DNA of 64,000 bases. It comes from Candidatus Kerfeldbacteria bacterium RIFCSPLOWO2_02_FULL_42_19 (GTDB lineage: Bacteria; Patescibacteriota; Patescibacteriia; HO2-48-17). Location of the stretch: positions 2,869-66,868 of the forward strand of contig MHKF01000001.1 of assembly GCA_001818315.1 (NCBI GenBank), read 5' to 3'. Shown here in pieces: positions 58,251 to 64,000 of the stretch. Every line of letters starts with the position of its first letter. Position 1 is the stretch's first letter. Under the pieces are notes generated by a model. That model had not been told where the DNA came from. It worked only from the letters and a program-made list of their open reading frames with translations, and searched no databases. The position numbers were made by a program, and so were the translations under genes.

Positions 58251-58473
58251 GATGAATATTGCTTTCTACACTTTGAATTACGAGCCACTCAGTATAGGGG
58301 TGGCACCGATTTACCTTTCCCGCGCGCAATCCCGTTTCATAGGGATGAGCACGGAAAAGGTGAATCGGTGACAGGACCCGGTGATGAGGTTTCGTAATTT
58401 AAGTTGCTACACCATTTGTCGAACACGTCTTCAACTGGTATGATAATCAAGAGTCCTAATCATTGCGTAAACT

Positions 58474-59895
58474 ATGCAAGAACTTCCTCAATTAACTCTC
58501 GCAGAAGTCGCGGCGCTTATGAAGCATCGCGGCTTTGTATTTCCATCATCCGAAATATACGGCGGGCTTTCGGCTGCGTATGACTACGGTCCGCTCGGTA
58601 TCGAACTTCGTCGGCATATTGAACAACATTGGTGGAAAACCTTTGTGCACGATCGGCAAGATATGTACGGACTTGACACAGCAATTTTTATGAATCCAAA
58701 GGTGTGGGAAGCATCCGGACATACACAACATTTTACTGATCCTCTTATTGAATGTAAACAATGTCATAAAAGACAACGCCCCGACAAACTCATCGAAGAA
58801 ATACTCAGAAAAAAGAAAAAGCCATTAAACGCCGTCCAGTGGGAGAATAAGAAATCTTTGGAAAAGGCATTGGAAACATTGGGAGTGAGTTGTCCTGAAT
58901 GCGGTGAAAGTGCATGGACGCCCATTCGAGATTTCAATACGTTATTTGAAACCTATCAGGGTGTTGTAAAAGAATCAGAAAACATTATTTATCTTCGCGG
59001 TGAAATTGCACAGGGAATGTTTGTAAATTTTAAAAACGTTGTGCAGTCGATGCGAGCGAAATTACCTTTTGGGATCGCACAGCAAGGGAAAGCTTTTCGA
59101 AACGAAGTGACCGTGAAGCGATTTATTTTTAGAACTCGCGAATTTCATCTCATGGAAATTGAATATTTTGTAGAGCCGAATTCAGCACCAGAGCAGTTAG
59201 AACAATGGAAAGAGAGTATAAGGAATTGGTACATAAAAAATCTTGGAATAGCTAAAGAACATCTGCAATGGAGAGAACAAACCAAAGAAGAACGGGCGCA
59301 CTATTCACAAGGCACGTGGGATCTTGAATATCAATTCCCTTGGGGATTTGATGAAATTGCGGCGTGTGCAAATCGAGGCGATTTTGATCTCAAAAATCAT
59401 GCGCAAGTTTCTGGAGAAGAACTTTCTATTCTCGATCCAGTAACAAGAAAAAAAATTCTGCCATATGTGATTGAACCAACATTTGGTATCGATCGCGCAT
59501 TTCTTGCGGTATTCCTCAACGCCCTTGAAGTTGTTAAAGGTGGAAGAAGCGGTGAATCAAAACAAACGCAAGAGATTGTTTTACATCTTCCAAAGCATCT
59601 TGCGCCCATACAAGTAGCAGTAATGCCTTTGTTCAAAAAAACAGAACTCATTCAAGGCGCAACGCAGGTTTTTCATACTGTCGGAAAACAATTCCGAGCA
59701 GAATTGGATGTAACTCAAAGTATCGGAAAACGCTACCGGAGGCAAGATGAAATTGGCACACCGTGGTGTATTACTTATGATTTCGAGTCGCTAACGGATC
59801 ACAAGGTGACAGTTCGTGATCGTGACAGTATGCGGCAAGAACGAATTGCGATCAATTCACTCCTCAAAAATTTGACTGATTTGTTTCAACAATAA
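58474..59895 (+). CDS. glyS: Glycyl-tRNA synthetase (dimeric archaeal/eukaryote-type class II)
   Basis: N-terminal HRGFVFPSSEIYGGLSAAYDYGPLG, class II motifs, C-terminal anticodon-binding domain; 473 aa. Confidence 0.9.
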   Translation: MQELPQLTLAEVAALMKHRGFVFPSSEIYGGLSAAYDYGPLGIELRRHIEQHWWKTFVHDRQDMYGLDTAIFMNPKVWEASGHTQHFTDPLIECKQCHKRQRPDKLIEEILRKKKKPLNAVQWENKKSLEKALETLGVSCPECGESAWTPIRDFNTLFETYQGVVKESENIIYLRGEIAQGMFVNFKNVVQSMRAKLPFGIAQQGKAFRNEVTVKRFIFRTREFHLMEIEYFVEPNSAPEQLEQWKESIRNWYIKNLGIAKEHLQWREQTKEERAHYSQGTWDLEYQFPWGFDEIAACANRGDFDLKNHAQVSGEELSILDPVTRKKILPYVIEPTFGIDRAFLAVFLNALEVVKGGRSGESKQTQEIVLHLPKHLAPIQVAVMPLFKKTELIQGATQVFHTVGKQFRAELDVTQSIGKRYRRQDEIGTPWCITYDFESLTDHKVTVRDRDSMRQERIAINSLLKNLTDLFQQ

Positions 59896-59904
59896 TTCAA
59901 GAGC

Positions 59905-61173
59905 ATGTATCAAAAACATACACTCCCAAACGGAGTACGAATTATTACAGCGCCACTCCATGAAACCAATGCCGTGACTGTACTGATTATGTTTAAAGTT
60001 GGTTCACGGTATGAGACTCAAAGTAACAATGGCATTTCACATTTTCTTGAGCATCTCTTTTTTAAAGGCACTAAACGCCGACCGTCAACATTAGAAATTT
60101 CGAAAGCCCTCGATGGAGTTGGCGCCGAGTATAATGCCTTTACATCAAAAGATTATACCGGATATTACATCAAGTTGCAGCATCAAAAATTCGAACTCGC
60201 ACTTGATATACTTTCGGATATTTTATTTGATTCACTTTTCCTACCAAAAGAAATTGAACGTGAGCGAGGCGTGATCATCGAAGAAATTAATATGTACGAC
60301 GATAATCCGATGGCAAACGTCGAAGAGCAACTGGAACGAATCATGTATGGCGATCATCCACTTGGATGGTCTATCGCTGGTCCAAAAAAGACGATTCACA
60401 AAATTACTCGACCCCAGATTCTTACGTATCGCAGGGACCATTATCATGCAGATAATACGATTATTACTATCGCAGGAAAAATACCTGTGCATACGCTTGG
60501 GCTCGTAAAAAAATATTTCGGTGGGAATAAATTTCCAAAAAAGGACGGTGTCGTATTTCAAAAGGTACAGATACAACAACGTTCTCTGCGGATCAAAGCA
60601 AAGTACAAAAAAACAGAACAATATCATATCGCGCTCGGATGGCCGGCCTATCATTATACACACCATGATCTTGATGCGCTCAAAATCCTTATGACTATTC
60701 TGGGTGGCAATATGAGCTCACGATTATTTATTGGCATTCGTGAACGTCTTGGGTTGTGTTACTTTATTCGCGGTTCTGTTTCGCCGTATGAAGACGTCGG
60801 AAATATCGTGATTCAAGCAGGCGTGGATAAGCGTAGGATTCGCGAGGCGATCGCCGCTATTCTGGAAGAAGTGAAAAAAATACGTGACAAAGGAGTGACA
60901 AAAGAAGAACTCAACAAAGCCGTGGACTTTATTAAAGGCAAGGTGATACTCGAACTGGAGGATTCAGAAAGTTTAGCTTCTTGGGTCGTGCGGCAAGAAA
61001 TGTTTCACGGAAAAATTTTAACGCCATCGCAGAAATTTCAAGAATATGATCGACTGAATAGGGAGGATATCCTCCGTGTCGCCAATGACATTTTTCATCC
61101 GGAACGAATCAATCTTGCGTATATTGGTCCGGAAAGGAATAAAAAAATTTTTGAAAATTTGTTGCATTTTTGA
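59905..61173 (+). CDS. M16-family zinc peptidase (pitrilysin/insulinase-like)
   Basis: HFLEHLFFKGT (HxxEH inverted zincin motif) and downstream E; ~420 aa, two-domain architecture. Confidence 0.85.
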   Translation: MYQKHTLPNGVRIITAPLHETNAVTVLIMFKVGSRYETQSNNGISHFLEHLFFKGTKRRPSTLEISKALDGVGAEYNAFTSKDYTGYYIKLQHQKFELALDILSDILFDSLFLPKEIERERGVIIEEINMYDDNPMANVEEQLERIMYGDHPLGWSIAGPKKTIHKITRPQILTYRRDHYHADNTIITIAGKIPVHTLGLVKKYFGGNKFPKKDGVVFQKVQIQQRSLRIKAKYKKTEQYHIALGWPAYHYTHHDLDALKILMTILGGNMSSRLFIGIRERLGLCYFIRGSVSPYEDVGNIVIQAGVDKRRIREAIAAILEEVKKIRDKGVTKEELNKAVDFIKGKVILELEDSESLASWVVRQEMFHGKILTPSQKFQEYDRLNREDILRVANDIFHPERINLAYIGPERNKKIFENLLHF

Positions 61174-62291
61174 ACATAAATCGGTATAATTATTTTATGG
61201 AAATTAAAAAACAGACTGCGCAATCCATTGATATTTCAACAAAGACACTGATAAAAATCGTCATTATTTTGATAAGTCTTATTTTTTTGTATTCCATACG
61301 CCAGGTGCTCGGCATTCTTTTTGTTTCTTTTGTCATCGCTGCTGCACTTGATCCTTGGGTTGATAAAATGCAAAGAAGAAAAATTCCTCGTGGAATCGGT
61401 ATACTCCTCCTGTATCTTGCTGCGTTTGGAATTGTAAGTTTTGTAGTCTTTCTTCTTATTCCACCCATTTCAGAAGAAGTGCGGGCGCTCGCACAGGATT
61501 TTCCTCGCTACTACGACGAAATTGTGAAAAATTTTCTTTCAGCGCGAGAAGCGACTGAAAAATTTGGCCTATCCGATGAAGCTGAAAAAAGCATTCGGTC
61601 GTTAAGTCAGAGTCTTGATCGATTAACAAGCGGTATTTTTAGTACGATTGCAAGTATTTTCGGTGGATTTATATCATTGCTTGGCGTGCTTGTCATTACT
61701 TTTTACATGACAATAGAAGAAGATGGTTTAAAAAAATTTTTCCAAGCGATCGCGCCCGTAAAGTATCAACCTTATTTTTCGCAGAAAATTAATACAGTGC
61801 AAAGAAAGCTTGGTGATTGGCTTAAAGGGCAATTATTACTTTCGGTAATCATCGGAGCGATTAGTTATTTAGGGTTGCTGATTCTCGGCGTGAAATATGC
61901 CATTGTTTTGGCGTTGGTTGCCGGAGTAACAGAGTTTATTCCGTATGTCGGTCCGCTTCTCGGAGCAATACCTGCAGTATTTCTTGCATTTACTCAATCA
62001 CCGTTCAAAGCGATTCTTGTAGTGATTCTGTATATAGTGATTCAACAACTTGAAAATCAATTCATTGCGCCAAAGGTAGTCCAAAAATCAGTCGGATTAA
62101 ATCCGATCGTCACTATCGTCGCGATGCTCATCGGTGCGCAAATTGCTGGACTCGTTGGCGTGATACTTGCCGTGCCAGCAGCAACAATCGTTTGGGTTTT
62201 TGCGAGCGACATTATGAAGGAAAAGCGCGAGCGAGATAGTAAACTGGAGGATGATACACAAGAAGAATCGCAAGATATTTCAACATCTTAG
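61170..62291 (+). CDS. AI-2E family transporter (PerM/UPF0118)
   Basis: 8 TM with a large central cytoplasmic loop; C-terminal ...YIVIQQLENQFIAPKVVQKSVGLNPIVTIVAML... is typical of PF01594. Confidence 0.65.
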   Translation: MNINRYNYFMEIKKQTAQSIDISTKTLIKIVIILISLIFLYSIRQVLGILFVSFVIAAALDPWVDKMQRRKIPRGIGILLLYLAAFGIVSFVVFLLIPPISEEVRALAQDFPRYYDEIVKNFLSAREATEKFGLSDEAEKSIRSLSQSLDRLTSGIFSTIASIFGGFISLLGVLVITFYMTIEEDGLKKFFQAIAPVKYQPYFSQKINTVQRKLGDWLKGQLLLSVIIGAISYLGLLILGVKYAIVLALVAGVTEFIPYVGPLLGAIPAVFLAFTQSPFKAILVVILYIVIQQLENQFIAPKVVQKSVGLNPIVTIVAMLIGAQIAGLVGVILAVPAATIVWVFASDIMKEKRERDSKLEDDTQEESQDISTS

Positions 62292-62318
62292 GAATGACGC
62301 GTTTGTAAGGATTATTCC

Positions 62319-63797
62319 ATGCCAAAGAACGTCTCAAAGAAAACTTTTTACGTTACGACGCCGATTTATTATATTAACGCAAAACCGCATATTGGACATG
62401 CTTATTCCACAATCGTGGCTGATGTGCTCGCGCGTTGGCACCGAAACTTAGGAGAGGAAACTTTTTTTTCTGTAGGAACGGATGAACACGGCGCAAAAAT
62501 AGCGGAAGCGAGTGAAAAACAAGGTTTGCCGCCGAAAGAGTTTGCGGATATCATGAGTGAAAAATTTAGAGAATGCTGGAAGCTCCTGAATATTCAATAC
62601 GATGATTTAATTCGCACGACTGAAACTCGACACAAAGAAAGTGTCGTGAGCTTCATGCAGGAATTGTACAAACGAAAGTTCATTTATCAGGCGGAATACG
62701 AAGGCTGGTACTGCAAGGGATGCGAAAAGTTTCTTACCGAAAAAGAACTTGTGAGCGGCATGTGTCCTGATCACAAACGTCCTGCAGAATGGATCAAAGA
62801 AAAAAATTATTTCTTCAAGCTCAAAAAATTTCTGCCGAAAATTCAACAAATGATATGTGATGGCGACATGCAGATTGTTCCGAAGAAGCGAGAAAACGAA
62901 GTTCTGTCGCTTTTGAAACAAAACCTTCCTGATTTTTCGGTTTCAAGACAAAATGTACGTTGGGGGATTCCGCTTCCTTTTGATCCAACGCAGACGATCT
63001 ACGTATGGGTGGAAGCGCTTCAAAATTATATTTCCATTTTAGGGTTTTCTACGACAGCAGCTCAGCAAGGCGAAAGATTTCAAAAGTTTTGGCCAGCGGA
63101 CGTACAGATTATTGGGAAAGAAATCAGTAAATTTCATTGTATTTTTTGGCCTGCACTGTTGTTAGCATTGGCACTGCCATTGCCAAAGAAGTTTCTTGTA
63201 GGAGGATTTTTTACATTCGACGGGCAAAAAATGAGTAAATCCCTTGGCAACGTCTTAGCGCCGAAAACACTCGTAGAGCGTTTCGGAGTTGATGGTACAC
63301 GCTTTTTGCTCCTTTCGCAGTTTCCGTATGGCGAAGATGGAGATATTGCTCTCGCAGGTTGTGTGGAGCGCTATAACGCTCATCTCGCGGATAATGTAGG
63401 AAACCTCGTGAGTCGCATTGGGACGATGATTCAAAAATATCTGCAGGGGAGGATCGAGACGCATCCAGAGAAACAAATAATTTTAGAGGAGACAAACAAA
63501 TCAATAGAAGAACGATTTTCTGCGCTCATGGCGCGCGATCAGATACAAGAGGCGCTATTATCACTTTTTGAAGCGAGCACAAAACTTAATCAGCATATTG
63601 AGGAAGTCAAGCCGTGGAAACTTGCAAAAACTCATCCCACGATCCTCAAGCAGCATTTACTATCTTGGAGTCATACATTGCATGTCATCGGACGTTGCCT
63701 TGCTCCTTTTCTACCAAACACAGGAGAGCGAATTCAAAGAGCGTTTCGTGGGCCGGAATTTCAAAATCCGGGAATACTCTTTCCGAAAATATCTTAA
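62319..63797 (+). CDS. metG: Methionyl-tRNA synthetase
   Basis: PIYYINAKPHIGHAYS (HIGH), CxxC knuckles (CKGCEKF, CPDH), KMSKSLGN. Confidence 0.9.
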   Translation: MPKNVSKKTFYVTTPIYYINAKPHIGHAYSTIVADVLARWHRNLGEETFFSVGTDEHGAKIAEASEKQGLPPKEFADIMSEKFRECWKLLNIQYDDLIRTTETRHKESVVSFMQELYKRKFIYQAEYEGWYCKGCEKFLTEKELVSGMCPDHKRPAEWIKEKNYFFKLKKFLPKIQQMICDGDMQIVPKKRENEVLSLLKQNLPDFSVSRQNVRWGIPLPFDPTQTIYVWVEALQNYISILGFSTTAAQQGERFQKFWPADVQIIGKEISKFHCIFWPALLLALALPLPKKFLVGGFFTFDGQKMSKSLGNVLAPKTLVERFGVDGTRFLLLSQFPYGEDGDIALAGCVERYNAHLADNVGNLVSRIGTMIQKYLQGRIETHPEKQIILEETNKSIEERFSALMARDQIQEALLSLFEASTKLNQHIEEVKPWKLAKTHPTILKQHLLSWSHTLHVIGRCLAPFLPNTGERIQRAFRGPEFQNPGILFPKIS

Positions 63798-63809
63798 GAA
63801 AAAAAATAT

Positions 63810-64000
63810 ATGCTTCCACTTGATTGGCTTTTAATCATCTTTCTCATCCTCGGGTTTCTTTCCGGACTCTGGGTTGGGTTTATTCATAAGGTTGGATCGC
63901 TCCTTGGAACAATACTTGGGATCATCATCGGAAGTCGCTACTACGATAGCATTGATATGCTCTTCGGCGGTGGTCCTGGCGGAAAAATTATAGCATTCAT
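63810..64000 (+). CDS. CvpA-family membrane protein (partial; continues beyond the window end)
   Basis: MLPLDWLLIIFLILGFLSGLWVGFIHKVGSLLGTILGIIIGSRYY matches the colicin V production protein N-terminus. Confidence 0.5.
   Translation, partial: MLPLDWLLIIFLILGFLSGLWVGFIHKVGSLLGTILGIIIGSRYYDSIDMLFGGGPGGKIIAF

Noticed and set aside
58291-58310. Canonical transcription-attenuating T-box riboswitch upstream of glyS
   Set aside because: The T-box-like motif is present, but there is no room for Stem I/specifier upstream and no terminator between the motif and the ATG. I downgraded it to an uncertain finding.
1-64000. CRISPR arrays, rRNA genes, transposase/integrase genes
   Set aside because: No spaced direct-repeat arrays, no rRNA-like conserved stretches and no transposase/recombinase-like ORFs were recognised anywhere in the window.

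Overview
This 64 kb window is low-GC, tightly packed and mostly coding. It looks like a Patescibacteria/CPR-type bacterial genome. Bacterial markers are present: L33, L20, L35, IF-3, SmpB and a tmRNA. Several enzymes are of the archaeal/eukaryotic type: a pyruvoyl SpeH-type decarboxylase, a type-2 IleRS, a dimeric GlyRS and a TrmB regulator. From the sequence I can support 3 tRNAs (Thr-UGU, Trp-CCA, Asp-GUC) and a 411-nt tmRNA next to smpB. The rpmG-tRNA-Trp and infC-rpmI-rplT ribosomal gene clusters are present. There are six aminoacyl-tRNA synthetase genes, including two argS paralogs; one of them has a degenerate HIGH motif. An arginine-themed cluster comprises arginine deiminase, ArgS, a SpeH-like pyruvoyl decarboxylase, an unknown protein and an Asp/Glu-racemase-like protein. 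A copper-homeostasis locus comprises an HMA-fusion membrane protein, CopZ, CopA, a DUF411/CopG-like protein, CPxC membrane proteins and two MacB-type ABC systems, one with an ATPase-YHS fusion. An AbiEii-like toxin pair sits beside tRNA-Trp. A 2210-aa giant ORF with internal tandem repeats lies downstream of tRNA-Asp. A Clp-like double-AAA+ ATPase is membrane-anchored and carries an N-terminal zinc ribbon. Between that clp gene and glyS is a GC-elevated ~3 kb insert carrying an N-terminally truncated C-N hydrolase, a divergent ParA/MinD-like ATPase and a zinc-ribbon protein, flanked by hairpin terminators. Near the window start is a GC-rich ~400 bp intergenic stretch with three long palindromic hairpins and a minus-strand intrinsic terminator, which is a candidate structured RNA. 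No CRISPR array or rRNA was seen. All calls rest on reading the provided translations and sequence by eye; no database search was run.
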